A stretch of DNA of 64,000 nucleotides from Antedon mediterranea. Taxonomy: Eukaryota > Animalia > Echinodermata. Below are positions 28,101 to 43,100 of this stretch, piece after piece. A program made the translations under genes and the position numbers. Under the pieces are notes generated by a model that searched no databases, was not told the DNA's origin, and saw nothing but the letters and a program-made list of their open reading frames with translations. Numbering within the stretch: the first letter of the stretch is position 1; each line of letters opens with the position of its first letter. The stretch spans positions 24,538,795 to 24,602,794 of the forward strand of contig NC_092670.1 of the NCBI RefSeq assembly GCF_964355755.1, read 5' to 3'.

Positions 28101-31100
28101 TTTGTCAACAAAGTCTTCGTAAAAACTACGATGTATGTAAACAATCAATTACATTTGCATATGAAAGGGTGTCTCCTGTCAAACGTGTTATTGTTCTCAC
28201 CTACTATTACGCCACAATTAAGTAACAATCATTTGCATACAGATGAGAGAATGTCCCATGTCAAACACATATTGCTGCCATACTACCACTGTATGTAACA
28301 AACCAGCTAATCAATTACTAAAGTAACCTAATCCAAGACACATTGGGATACAGGTGAGAGGATGTTCCAGTCTATAACGAACATGTGATTGTCTAGTTAA
28401 TTGTACGTACTATCTAGAAAATGGCTGAAATAGTACCGGTATGTTTATATTGCTGCTTCTTTTTTTTTATATTTTATATAATACATCTGTATTATAACTA
28501 TATAATGTACCGACGTACTGTGTATTATTATTTATGTTATGTCTTTGAGTTTCTCATTGACGTAAACATGACGGATACACTAGACAGGCCTAGATAGTTA
28601 TCTTATTACTCTACTGTATAAACATCTGTTACAGTATATAGTAATATTTTTTAATTAAACTTATTTATTTTATTTATTTATTTTTTTTAAACTATATATA
28701 TATATTTATTTATTTTTTTTTTTTATTTTTCTTTTTATTAATGTTACCTTTTTTAAGCAATACTACTGATGATGATGATAAAGATCTCAATCCCTATCTT
28801 AAGTATAATGAATCTAAATACTACCATGTTGAAGAATTTAGACAAATTTCAAACATATCGGATGATGTTTCTTTTCTGTCACTTAACTGTCGTAGTATCG
28901 TCAACAAGTTTGACCAGTTCTCACAATTTATTGACTCACTTAATTATAAGTTCTCTGTCATTGCCCTTCAAGAGACATGGTTGAGCGATAATGATGAAGT
29001 TTCATTTCTTAACTTGCCGAACTATGTGCTTGTAAATCGTAATCGTACGGGTAGACGGGGCGGAGGCGTAGCTCTATATATTTCTGACAATTTGTGTTAC
29101 AAACCACGAGATGATTTATCTAAATTAATTACTGAAGCTGAATCCTTATTCATAGATATGATAATTGACGGGAAATATATTTCAGCTGGGGTCATTTATA
29201 GACCACCTGAATCTAAAATCAGTATATTTAATAATCAATTTACAGAAGTTATGAATATAATTAACAAAGAAAAGACGCACTCATACCTTATGGGTGACTT
29301 TAATCTCGACCTTAACCTATACCATTCAAACTGTAATGTTCAATGTCATGTGGACGCCACTGTTTCCAATTCTTTCTTGCCCCTGATTAATAAACCGACT
29401 CGTGTAACAGAAAATACATCTTCTATTATTGATAATATATATAGTAATTCTACAAATAATCACAATATCAATACTGGAATTATTTACACAGATATATCAG
29501 ATCATTATCCTATATTTGCAATCACAAAATCTGAGAATCGTAAAAAAAAATACAAAACAGTCATTTATTTTAAAACGCACTTATTTCCACCAGCAAGTCG
29601 AATCCTTTAAGGAAGACTTGGCAATTGAAAACTGGCAACCTGTCCTAAGAACAGAAGATGCAAACACTGCATATTCAACATTTGCTCACAACTTCAAACA
29701 TTTAATTGATAAAAACTTTCCTTTGAAAAAAATTAAGGCAAAAGCAAATAAAGATCGATCGATCGAAATGTAAATAGAATTAATTATATGGAAAGAATTT
29801 TAAAGATGGAAGATGAACGTTGGCCTAGGATATTACTGAAAACACTAGTTAAATTGACCGAGAACTTTAATGATCTATCATTTAAAATTCCATTATGTGT
29901 TCGAAATATCATTGATAATTGTGGCACACATATTTTTTCGAAATGGTAATGATAACTTTGATGCCAACTGGGCTTCCAGTAAAAAAATAATTATGACAAA
30001 TCTAGCTCTCTCGCATTGGGTTGAAGACGGTAAATGTAAAACGTCAATTGAACATTATATGTATATAAAAAATGAACCAAAACTTGAACAGTATCTACTT
30101 GATAAAATTGACTTTGAAGGAGCATCGTTAAAATTTAAGCTGCGATCAAACACCCTTCGCATTGAAAGAAAAACATCTAAATGGTCAATGAGCCTAATGC
30201 TAATGGTTGTAAATTGTGCAACAGAAATGAAGAAGAAACCATTATGCACTTTCTCCTAGCATGTACCACTCTAGAAGAAGAGAGAAAAAACCAAATTGTT
30301 AAATTCCAACAAGCACTTTTGGAATGTAATCTTTTTTATCTCTTTGACTATTTTCAAAATTTAGATTTATTCAACAAAACCCTTCTTATTCTAGGCAATG
30401 ACCCTGATTTATTTGATAAATATTATTATTAAGTCTTTAATCGACAATTTCTGTAAATCTTTGGCTAAATCTTTATGGAAGAAACGTTGTGCTCTTTTAA
30501 ACTTGTAATGTCAATGCTGTAGTGTTTTGAATTGCTTTTCAACTTTTGTGTGTCATTTTGATTTCTGTTTAGTAATCTTTGTCTTTTTATTTTAATTATT
30601 TTGTGTGTATCTAAGCATTTTTATTTATTTTGATTCCTCTTAAGTTTGTTTTATTTATTTTGATTTAAAGTATTTATTTATTTTTTTGTTTTTGTAAGAG
30701 TTAGGTTTTGTATTTCATTCATTCATTTGATTTATTTTTAAGTTAATAATTTTATTTATTCTTGTATGTTATTATTTGGACGCACCTTTATCATCAAAGT
30801 GTGCCACTGTTGTAAAAGTGAAGTTTCCAATAAATTATTATTATTATTACATACAAACAAATTAAATACTATACTTGGCAAAATTCTTTTTGCCAAGTAA
30901 CAAACATACAAACATGCAAATTAACAAACATACATTAAGGTAAAACAAACAAACAAAGTAAATACTATACTTGGCAAAATTGTATTTTTCCACACGCGAT
31001 CTATTACATATACCTCCTTGGCGGAGGTAACAATAATAACTTACTATTGTAAGTTTTTCGTCATCACTGTTCGCGCCTTCAGGTGCTTTGAGGGCGCTGT

Positions 31101-34100
31101 GGTGACCAGTTACGTTTTCCCAAGAGCCATGAAGATCGTAAGACATCAAACCAATCCAATCCAACTCCCTAAAGTAATTCAAAGTGCAATGACATCAGCA
31201 TTTCTATTGTATGTTGATGGCAACTTGTATTTCGAACTCAATTCCAAATAACCCGTTTACCTTGACAATAATTTTCAAATGAAAACGGAACACCAAAAGC
31301 CTCCACTAGGCTAGTCAATCTAGCATTTTGAGTGAAACAAATTGCAAACAGAGATTTTTTTTTTTTTAATGGTTACATATGATAAGGTGATTATTTTTTG
31401 AGCATCACACCTCTGACACTCATCCCGAAGGTATGCAAATTAGCTTAAATATGCAAATTAGGGTGAAATTACAGGGTTACCATATCTTAAAAACTACTAA
31501 TCGTAGAGAGTTCATTTTTGCACAGTCTGGTTCAGAATATATATATTTATATTTGCTCTAATGAGACATTTTACATAAAAATGTTCGGAAGTACCAAATT
31601 TTGACCCTTGACCCCATTTCTCAATATTTACATAAATATATGATTAAAATGTCTGTAGAGACTTTATTTTGGACTCAATGACTAGGATATTGTTTTTCAA
31701 TACCCACCATAGAACTGTATTATAATTCCTAAAATCACAACTTCGTCACGCACCTCGAAAGTATGCAAATTAGTAGTACAAGTAATATTAAATATGCAAA
31801 TTAGGGAGTGAAATTACAGCGTTGCCATATCTCGAAAACCGCTAATGCTAGAGTGTTGATTTTTTCACTAAAATATTTAAAATGTATATATTTATATTTG
31901 CTGTAATGAGACATTTTACAAAAAAATTCCCGGAACTATGACATTTGACCCTCGACCCCATTTCTCAATATTGCATATATAATGAAAACTAAAATGTCTG
32001 TAGAGACTTTGTTTTGCCCTCAAATGACTCGGATACAGGTTTCTAATAGCCAACATAGGAATGTTTAGTAAATCTCAAAATCACACTTGTATCACTCACC
32101 TTCAAAGTATGCAAATTATTAGTACAAGTTACATGAAATATGCAAATTAGGGGGTGAAATTACAGGTTCCTATATGTATCGAAAACCGCTAAGGTAGAGA
32201 GTTGATTTTTTCAAAAACTTGTTCAGAATGTACATATTTATATTTGCTCTAATGAAACATTTTACGAAAAAATGACCGGAAATACAACAATTGACCCTTG
32301 ACCCTATTTATCAATGTTTGCATACATAATGCGACTAAAATGTCTGTAGATAATTTTTTTGGACTCAAATGATTCGGATACAGTTTTCCTATTGTCAGCA
32401 TAGGACCTCTTTGTAATTCCCAAAATCACATCTTTGTCACATACCTTGAAAGTATGCAAATTATTAGTACAAGTTACATGAAATATGCAAATTAGGGGTG
32501 AAATTACAGTCTTCCCATATCTCGAAAACCATTAATGCTAGAGAGTTGATTTGAATTCAGAGTTGATTCAGAATGTACATATTTATATTAGCTGTAATGA
32601 AAAATTTTATGCAAAAATTGTCTTGATTGAATTATGACATCTGACCCTTGACCCTATTTCTCAATATTTTCATATAATTCAACTAAAATATCTGTACAGA
32701 CTGTTTTGGCCTCAAATGACTCAGATACAGGTTTTCTATAGCCAGCATAGAACTGTAGTAATTCTCAAAATCACACCTTTGTTACTTCCCTAGAAAATAT
32801 GCAAATTAGTAGTACAAGAGGTGAAAGTTGCCATATCTCTATCGGTCATTAGCGTTTTTCGAGATACATAAGGCTGTAATTTGCATATTTCATATAACTT
32901 GTACTAATAATTTGCATATTTTCGAGTTGCTTGACTTTTGAAATTACTAAACGATCCTATACTGGCTATATAAAACCTGTATCCAAGTCATTTGAGGCCA
33001 AAACAAAGTATGTACATACATTTTAGTTGCATTATATGCAAATATTGAGAAATAGGTTCGAGGGTCAAATGTCATACTTTCGATAATTTTTTTTTTCAAT
33101 AATGACCCAGATACAGGTTTTCTATAGCCAGCATAGAACTGTTTAATAATTCTCAAAATCACACCTCTGTTACTTCGCTTGAAAGTATGTGTTCTGAAGA
33201 ACAACAAAAGAATAATGAGGGCGCTATTGTATAGGGTGTAAAAGGCCGTTTTGGCGTGTCATAGAAAAATAAAAATAATACCGACAGCGTGGTTGGTAAG
33301 AAGTGTGAAAATAAAAGATAATAAAAATAAGAAAGTTCTTGCGTATATGTATATATTATTTATGGGCCTTTCTTCAGTACAAGAAAATGGTAGCAGAGCG
33401 AGGTTAGATAGACCAATTTAAACAAATTAAACTTTAAAGAACCAACATTTGTAGGCTGAAAGTTGTGAGCCTATAGTTAGTTGCAACGGAGCACGTGAGT
33501 AAAGTGCATGCTTCTAGCTAGGGAGCGAACGTCACACATACACGTGAGTACAGTGCATGTGTTATGCGCGATTTGAACGATTTGCGCAATTTGAAATTGC
33601 GCAAAAAAATCCTTGCGCAATTTGAAATTGCGCAAAGAATTCTTGCGCAATTTATAATTGCGCAAGGATTTTTTTGCGCAATTTCAAATTGCGCAATCAA
33701 CTTGCGCAATTTCAAATTGCGCAAGAAAATCTTTGCGCAATTTTAAATTGCGCTGCACAATTTGTAAATTGCGCAAGATAGTTCTTGCGCAATATGACAC
33801 CTTTGCGCAATTTGAAAACGAACTGTAAATTTTCCCATACATGGCTAGGCTAGGCCTAGGCAGAGGAGTTTAAAATTTAGTATTTTATTATATAAATAAG
33901 ACCATTTCAATGAAGATAATGTTTAAAACTCACTTTTTAAGTTTTTAATATTAGTTTAAGCTAGGCCATGTAACCTAGTCAGTATCAGTAGTCCAGACCC
34001 TAGCTAGGCTAGAGAAGTATAGACGGCCGCCCGCGCCGCGCCCGCCTGGTGGAACACCACCGCTTCGTTTCCCTTCGTCGGTTCTTCGACGGTATGCTAA

Positions 34101-37100
34101 CTTATAACAATATTTGCAGTACTAAAATAAGGAAATGCGATATTTATCTTTAAGTTTGAATCATTCTTAGAAATTACTATAAAAATATGGGTGTGCATGA
34201 TTTCACAATCTGTCGAAAAACCTTGCGCAATTTGCAGATTACTTGCGCAATTTAATACGTTGCTTGCGCAATTTGAAACACATGTTTCAATTCAAATTGC
34301 GCAAGGATTTTTTTTGCGCAATTTCAAATTGCGCAAATCGTTCAAATCGCGCATAACACATGCTTCTAAGCGAAAAGTCAAACAAAATGGAAGACATGGA
34401 GAAACAAAAAAAAGATATAAAAATACTACGAAGAAATAGAAAAGGACAGTTAACAAGGATTACAAACACAATAAATGTTTTGTGTCAGAAGGAGGAACTA
34501 GAGAGGGACATTGAGTTAATACAGAACTTATTAAAGAAAGCAAACGAGGTATTTGAAACAGTAGAGAGGGCTCACGAGCAGATTGTGGAAATGATAAATT
34601 TGGAAGATGAAGAACAATTTGAGGAAGCGGAGAAGTGGATGCAAGATTGCCAAAGGGATTTTCTAGAGGTGATACATGAGACTAAGAGGGTGCTGGAGCC
34701 GCCAGTCAGGGGAACAGTGACAGAAGAGACTGACAGAGTTATGGTAGAAGAGGACAGTGAAAACGTTGATCAGGGAGAGAAAGATGGTAATAATAAGGTT
34801 AACAGTAATGATATGGATGCTATGGCCGCATTCAAATTAGCCCTAGAACTTCCAAAAGCGGAAGTGATAGAATTCCATGGGGATCCGGGAAACGATTGGG
34901 CTTTTGTACCAAATTTTGAGATAAATGTAGCAAGTAAGTTAACATCAGATAATGCAAAATTACAATACCTTCTACAGTTATGTAAAAATAAGGCAAAGGA
35001 AAGTATAGTAAGTTGTCCTCTATTAGGAGAAGAAGGTTATAAGCAGGCTTTAGAGATTCTTAAAAGGCAGTTTGGGCAGCCCCATCTAGTTTTAAACTCA
35101 TTGATGCTTAAGTTAACCAACAGAAAAGAGATTAATGCAGGAAACCATGAAGAGTTATGGGGACTAGTCAGTGACATGAAAAAAATGTCAACTAACACTA
35201 ACAAAAATGGGGTACACAAATGATTTAAACAGTACCTCCAACCTATTAAAAATTCAAGGGCTATTACCTAGATTTATGCAAGCTAAATGGGCTAATGCTG
35301 CACAATCAATACTTAGTGAAAGGGAACCAAGTTTCTTGGATATGTTAAAATTTGTAGAGAGTCAAGCTGCAGTAAACAGCAATATGTTTGGAAGAAATAT
35401 TGGCACTACAGCTAATGAAAATAAGAGTAAATTTTGAGTAGTAAACACAGATTTTAGAGGAAAAAAGGCTTACAGTCATAGTTGTACACCCACAGGGGAA
35501 AAGCCTAGTGAATCACCTTTGTTCACATGTGTATGTTGTAAGAAAAACCATAGGTTATGGGAATGTGTAAAATTCAGACAACTATCCATCAATGAGAGAT
35601 GGAATTGCTAGCCAAGAAAAATTGTGCTTTAAGTGTCTATGTAAACATAGGGCAGTTGATTGTAAACGGGTTATGTCCTGTGGTATAAATGGATGTAAGA
35701 ATGACCATAATAGGTTGTTACATAGAGAAAAAGTAAAAAAGGAAAGTAATTTTGAAACTGTAGAGGTAGGAGTTGCCAGGGAAGGGGAGCGTAAAGTAAC
35801 TAAAACAGAAACAGGGACAAACACTACATTGTTAAGTAAAAACCAATCTATTGCTTTGCGAACCATACCAATCATAGTTAGTAATGGAAAGAAAAGAATA
35901 GAGGTGAATGCATTATTAGATGATGGTAGTACTCAGACATATGTTAATGAAGAGTTATGTGGAGAGTTGGGTCTCAGTGGAGTAACAGAAGAGATGGTTG
36001 TGAGTTTGTTAAGTGGTAAGGAGGAAAGATTTGTGACTAAGCCAGTTGAGATATTTGTATTACCGTTGGATGGATCTAAAAAATTTAAAGTGAATGCAGT
36101 GACTATAAGTGATGTTACTGGTAGACTAGAAGCGTCAGATTGGAGTAGTGTTAGTAAGGATTGGGATCATTTGAGAGACATAGAATTTCCTGTAATAAGT
36201 AGTCAGAGAAAACAGATAGATTTACTGATTGGAGTGGATTGTCCAGAGTTGCATACAGCATTAGAAGAGAAATGTGGGGGTCCCGGAGAACCTGTTGCGA
36301 GAAGAACACCGTTAGGTTGGACGTGTGTTGGTCCTTTGAGTAGAAGTTGGCGAACAACATCACTACATGTGAATACTTACAAAACCAGTAGTGAACGAAG
36401 TAATGATGTGGACGAGTTGATGAGGAAGTTTTGGGAAGTAGATAGTTATGGAGTAAGTGATTTGAAAATATATAAAGCTGAAGATGAAAGAGTGATTCAA
36501 AAAGTGTCAAAGTCATTGACAGCTGTTGATGGGCGATACAGTGTGAATATTCCGTGGCGGGAAGAAGGATTAAATATGGATAACAATTATGAGATGGCCT
36601 TTAAGAGATTAGAGTGTCTAGAAAGAAAATTAACTAGAGACAAGATGTTAGGCGATAATTATCAAAACGTTTTAGATAATTACAGATCCAATGGCTATGT
36701 CAGAAAAATAGACCAATCCCTAACAGAACTAAATCAATGGTTTCTACCACATTTCCCAGTAGTTAAACCCGATAGGGAAACAACGAAAGTTAGGTTAGTG
36801 TTTGACGCCGCAGCGCGTTATGGGGGAAGATGTTTGAATGACATGATCTATCCCGGGCCTAAATTGCAGAACGATTTATTCGATGTGTTATTAAGATTTA
36901 GAAAGGAAAAGGTAGCGATTATTTGCGATATTGCAGAAATGTATCTCCAGATTGGAGTGCAACCAGAAGATAGGAAAATGCTTAGGTTTTTGTGGCGAGA
37001 TTTAGACACAGAGCGGAGGCCAGAAATTTATGAGTTCAATCGACTAGTGTTTGGTCTTAATGTTGCACCATTCTTAGCTCAATTTGTAACTCAGGAACAT

Positions 37101-40100
37101 GCACGAAAGAATTCTGAAGAGTATCATCTAGCAGCACGGGCTGTTTTAGACTCTACCTACATGGATGATACCATGACCTCGGTTAAAAATGAGCAAGAGG
37201 CAGTAGAGTTATATAGAGAGCTTAAAGAATTATGGGGAAGCGCGGGTATGAGTGCTAGAAAATGGGTTTCAAATTCAAAAGCGGTACTGGAAAAAATACC
37301 AGAAGTAGATAGAGCTAAAGAAATCAAATTAAGTGGGAACGAGTTACCTTCTGCAAAAACCTTAGGTTTAATATGGAAAGCCGAGGAAGATACATTTAAG
37401 TTTCAAGGAGGTTCTGGTCCTTCTAATGTCTGTAAGTTAACCAAAAGATTAGCTTTGAGTAGAATCGCTTCTATATTTGATCCACTAGGGATTTTGGCTC
37501 CTGTAGTAGTCGCAGGCAAGATAATTAGGCAAGAGATTTGGGCAAATGGATTAGACTGGGATGAAGAGTTGTCCCCTGATGTAGGTCATAAATTAGAACG
37601 ATGGATAGCAAATTTGGGCGAATTAAAAGATATAGAAATAGAAAGGTGTATAAACCCAGGTGAGCGCGAGAATCAAGAGTTGCATACATTTGTTGACGCG
37701 TCAAATGATGCTTATGCGGCGGTTGTGTATTCAGTGTCACAGAATGATAACGATGTTAAAAAAAGAAATGTAAGATTAGTCGCATCCAAAACGAAAGTAG
37801 CTCCTCTTAAATCCATGAGTATCCCGAGACTTGAGTTGATGGCAGCTATGTTAGGTTTAAAGCTTGCGAAATCTGTTGTAAATCCGTTACAATGTCAACT
37901 AAAGGAAGTGAAATTTTGGGGTGACAGTATGAATGCATTGTGGTGGATTCGAGGTCATAGTAGAGATTTTAAGCCGTTCGTTGCGAATCGAATTGGTGAA
38001 ATATAAGGTCAAACAAACCCTAGTCAATGGAGATATATACCCACTAAATTAAACCCTGCGGATGTGGCTTCGCGAGGATGTACTGTTATAGAGTGGCAGC
38101 AGAATGAACTTTGGTGGCGAGGTCCTGAATTCTTGAGTGATTGTGAGATGCAATGGCCAGAAAATAAGATTGAGAAAGCGATAGATGAAATAGAGATTAA
38201 GAAAAGTACGAAAACGTTATTGAGTAAAGTGGTACCAAGAGTGAAAAGTGATAACTGGAGATTAAACCCAATAAGGTACTCTAGCTGGAATAAGTTAGTG
38301 TGTGTATTTGCGTATGTAATGCGTTTTATAAATAACTGTAGGTTAAAAGACAAAGTCAGAGGACCATTAAATGTAGATGAGGTTAAGGACTCGGAAATTG
38401 TCATAATTCAAAAGGCACAGGGTGATGAGTTCTCAGACGAAATTAAGAGATTAAGTAAGGGTGAAATACTAAGTACAAAGAGTAATATAAGTGGATTGAA
38501 TCCTCGAATGGATGCCGATTATTTGCTTAGAGCAAATGGACGTTTAAGTCTAAATGAGGCGATATCATATGATGTAAGATATCCCATTATATTACAAAGG
38601 AAACATAACGTCACTAAATTAATTGTAAAAATGTATCATGAGTTAGGAAATCATGTCATAGGTACAAATCATACACTGTCATTATTATCTGAGAAGTACT
38701 GGGTACAAGCGGCTAGAGAAGAAATAAGAGAATGTGAAAAAAATTGTATGGGATGTAGGCGTAGATTAGCTAAACAAGGGGAGCAAATAATGGCTCCATA
38801 CCTAAGAATAGAACTAGAAATGAAAGTTTAAAGGCGTTTACTAGAGTCGCAGTAGACTATGCAGGTCCCTTCCTTACTAAACAGGGTAGAGGAAAGGTAC
38901 AAACAAAACGTTATTTGTGTTTGTTCACATGTTTATCCTCTAGAGCCGTGCACTTGGAAATGGCGTACGGTTTAGACACAGACACGTTTCTAAATGCTTT
39001 TCATAGATTTGTCAGTAGAAGGGGTAAACCCGAGGAAATGATGTCTGATAACGGGACAAATTTTGTAGGAGCTGATAGAGAATTAAAGGGAGTGTTAAAA
39101 TCCTTAGATAAAGATAAAATTCAAAGTGTGACAGTGGTCACTGGTATAAAGTGGAGTTTTATTCCACCTATGACCCCACATTTTGGTGGAGTACATGAAA
39201 TTCTTATAAAATCTGCTAAAAGGGCTATATATGGAGTATTAAGAAATGCCGATATAACGGATGAAGAGTTACATTCTGCATTTGTAGGAGCAGAGGGTAT
39301 ATTAAACTCACGTCCATTAACATATCAATCTGCCTCAGTAAAGGATGTAATTCCATTAACTCCAAACCATTTTTTACATGGTCAAATGGGAGGTAATCTA
39401 GCTCCAGAGAGCATATTAGACACAACAGTTTTTAATCCTAGAAAACGATGGAGACGTGTCCAAGAATTAATGCGACACTTTTGGAATAGGTGGTTAAGGG
39501 AGTGGTTACCAGCATTGAACCAACGAAAAAAGTGGAGGGAACTCAAGAGGGATCTTAGGGTTGATGAAGTGGTATTAGTAGTTCAGAAAGGTACGGTACG
39601 TGGTCAATGGCCATTGGGTAGGATAAGAGAAATATATAAAGGACCAGACGGTCATGTAAGGGTAGTTAAGGTGAAAACTAACAATGGAGATGTAATTCGA
39701 GGTATTACAAAAATGTGTCCACTAGAGATACTTGATTAAAAGAATGTTAAATATCAAGATATAGAAAGGTGTTATATTAAGAAGCACAAATGTTTAGGTT
39801 TTAGTGTTAATAAGTTTAGAGTTGAATTATGTTAAAGTGAACAGTGTAGAAATTGATCATATAATTGTTATACATTGTTGGATAATGTTCAAATAAGGAC
39901 AGTGATGTTAAATGAGTTATCAACAAGTTCAATGTGAATTAATATCAGTAAAAATAGTTTTTAATTTAGAAATGATGTTATATAATTTAGTGAATATGAG
40001 TGATAGGGTTTTTGTTGATAATGATGTTTCATGATATTTATTAAAAAGTTAGTTGAGATTGTAATAAAGGGATCGACAAACAACTGTATGTCGAGGAAGG

Positions 40101-43100
40101 GGAGAATGTTCTGAAGAACAACAAAAGAATAATGAGGGCGCTATTGTATAGGGTGTAAAAGGCCGTTTTGGCGTGTCATAGAAAAATAAAAATAATACCG
40201 ACAGCGTGGTTGGTAAGAAGTGTGAAAATAAAAGATAATAAAAATAAGAAAGTTCTTGCGTATATGTATATATTATTTATGGGCCTTTCTTCAGTACAGT
40301 ATGCAAATCAGTAGTACAAGAAAGTTGCCATATCTCTCTCTCTCGGTCATTAGCGTTTTCGAGATACATAAGGCAATTCACTGTAACTTGCATATTTCAT
40401 ATAGCTTGTACTACTAATTTGCATACTTTCGAGGTGCTTGACTTATACTGGCTATATAAAACCTGTATCCGAGTCATTTGAGGCCAAAACAAAGTCTGTA
40501 CATACATTTTAGTTGCATTATATGCAAATATTGAGAAATAACAATAATAATATCCTGGATTTATATAGCGCCTAATGTTGTGTAACCTCTAAGCGCTGTA
40601 CATAAACTAATACGAAAAAAGGGAATTCCAACCATGCCAAAAAACGAAGGCGTGATTTTGGGAATTACAAAGCGGTCCTATGCTGACTATAGGAAACATG
40701 TATCCGAGTTATTTGAGTCCAGAACAAAGTCTCTACAGACATTTTAGTGGCATTATGTATGCAAACATTAATAAATGGGGTCGAGGGTCAATTGTTGTAT
40801 TTCCGGTCATTTTTTCGTAAAATGTTTCATTAGAGTAAATATAAATATGTACATTCTGAACAAGTTATTGAAAAAATCAACTCTCTAGCCTTAGTGGTTT
40901 TCGATATATAGGAACCTTTAATTTCACCCTCTAATTTGCATATTTCATGTAACTTGTACTAATAATTTGCATACTTTGGAGGTGAGTGATACAGGTGTGA
41001 TTTTGAGATCTACTAAACAGTCCTATGTTGGCTATTAGAAACCTGTATCGGAGTCATTTGAGGGCAAAACAAAGTCTCTACAGACATTTTAGTTTCATTT
41101 ATATATGCAATATTGAGAAATGGGGTCGAGGGTCAAATGTCATACTTCCGGTCATTTTTTTGTAAAATGTTTTATTGGAGCAAATAGAAATATGTACATT
41201 TTGAATACGGCTGTGAAAAAATCAGCTTTCTAGCATTAGTGGTTTTCGAGATATAGGAAAACTGTAATTTTTTCCCCTTATTTGCATATTTTATTTAAAT
41301 TGTACTACTAATTTGCATACTTTCGAGATGTGTGACAAAGGTGTGATTTTGGGAATTACAAAGTGATCCTATGCTGGATATTAGGAACCTATGTCTGGGT
41401 CATTTGAGGGCAAAATAAAGTCTCTACAGACATTTTAGTCACATTGTATAGGCAAACATTGAGAAATGGGGTCGAAGGTCAAATGTTGTACTTCCGGTCT
41501 TTTTTTCGTAAAATGTTTCATTAGAGTAAATATAAATATATACATTTTGAATAGATCAGTGAAAAAATCAACTCTCTCGGACTAGTAGTTTTTGAGATAT
41601 GGTAACCTTGAAATTTCACCCTAATTTGCATATTTAAGCTAATTTGCATATCATCGGGATGTGTGACAGAGGTGTGATGCTCAAATTTTGATCTCCTCAT
41701 CATATATGACCATTTAAAAAAGAAAAATCTCTGTTTGCAATTTGTTTCACTTTGGGCTGTTTTTTTTTTTGCTAGATTGACTAGCCTACACTGATTATTC
41801 ACAAACAGAAAAAAAATATATTTTCAGTAAAAAGAAAACATTCTAATGTTTTAATAAAGAATGAAACGTAATCCATTATGGCATCACGTTGTCAAAAAGT
41901 GATACAATGTAACACTTAAATATCATAAGAAAAACATATTTAAAGACTCCCGTATGCTATGCTACCGTACTACAGTATCACTGCGCACCATTCAATCCTC
42001 ACAATCTATATATAAATTTACGTAAGGGCAAAATTCGGTAAATCGCGCCTTACTTCTAGAATTTTCACTCGATGGTATGTAAAGTTGGTTCGTACTTTCG
42101 GTACTGATTTTAACCGCCTGATGTAACCCTGTTTACTAATTAAATTGAGTTAGATAATTAGTTATTGACGATTAAAACGAATTTAGGTTCAACGATTTGC
42201 CCCAAATAGGGGTGTTTTCCGATCGTGGTATACACTGTCTAATGGATGTCCATCTTGAAAAATACCCGCCAAAAAAATGCGAGGAGGCTTCGCATTTTTC
42301 TATCTCCTCCTACGATAATTGTTTTTAATAGCTGAAAACCGGTTGAACAGCTAGAGTACACCATCATAATGTTGAAGACAGGCCGATTTTCTTTAAAAAA
42401 TACTATTTTGATAGATTTAATATACGATTATACAAATGTATTGATTTGCGATGAATGGAACATCCCAATCTCTCAGTCTGCCAGAGTTTGGTTTAACACA
42501 AGTACTGTAGGTAAATTTATGAGCCCTTGGTTTAACACATACGGTAGGTAAATATATGGGCCCTTTGAGAATAAACTTGCAATACTTTGACAATACTGTA
42601 AATACCTATTAACTATTTTTCATTTGAATCGAACATTTCTTACTGTGAATGTTCGTACTGTTAGATGTAATATAAAAATATATACAAATAAACTTTATTA
42701 CTGAGACTGTGGATAGGCTCTACTGTTAGATATACAAATAAACTTTATACTGACAGTTCCTTCTCAACGTTTGTATTAATTAATAATTACCAAAAATATA
42801 AACGTCGTAGTGGTGTATCGTGACATGTACTTTAATATTTCAATCGATTATGACAGTGACAGTTTTAACAAAGTATTAAATCGCAAATGTTTTAGGCCTA
42901 CTGTATTTAGAGGTATATTATTTATAGGCCTATAAAACATGAACAAAATATTTCGTTACTCAGTGGATAAAGAATATATTTAAAAATTGTTCCTCTTTGT
43001 ACCTATCCGCTTTCCCATCCCTCAACCCTAATGTTACATAGCGAGGAGGCTTCGCATTTTCCTATCTCCTCCTACGATAATTGTTTTTAATAGCTGAAAA

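Larger units (their letters stand above)
26029..30848 (+). mobile_element. 5'-truncated decayed LINE (RT plus C-terminal CCHC finger, (TTA)n tail), interrupted by a second LINE
   Basis: [17 protein letters not shown] and [10 protein letters not shown] in 26029-27137. It resumes near 29760 ([17 protein letters not shown]...HFLLAC); tail at 30830-30848. Confidence 0.85.
24239..31030 (-). mobile_element. HINE-like element filling chitinase intron 6, with nested LINEs and a MITE
   Basis: subTIR TACCTCCGCC at both ends (24264-24273 and 31019-31029), IR GGAGGTA, (TTTG/TATG)n microsatellite, 3' hairpin CACTCTCGGAGTG. Confidence 0.7.
33190..40298 (+). mobile_element. Full-length BEL/Pao LTR retrotransposon
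   Basis: 192-bp LTRs (TG...CA) at 33190-33381 and 40107-40298; 5-bp TSD GTATG; PBS at 33388; PPT GAGGAAGGGGAGAA at 40093-40106; Gag-PR-RT-RH-IN order. Confidence 0.97.
31307..41788. mobile_element. Academ-like non-autonomous foldback element built of ~350-bp repeats; host of the LTR element
   Basis: Termini TAGGCTAGTCAATCTAGCA / TGCTAGATTGACTAGCCTA, 3-bp TSD CAC, tandem units in inverted arms (31400-32820 vs 40650-41700). Confidence 0.8.
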
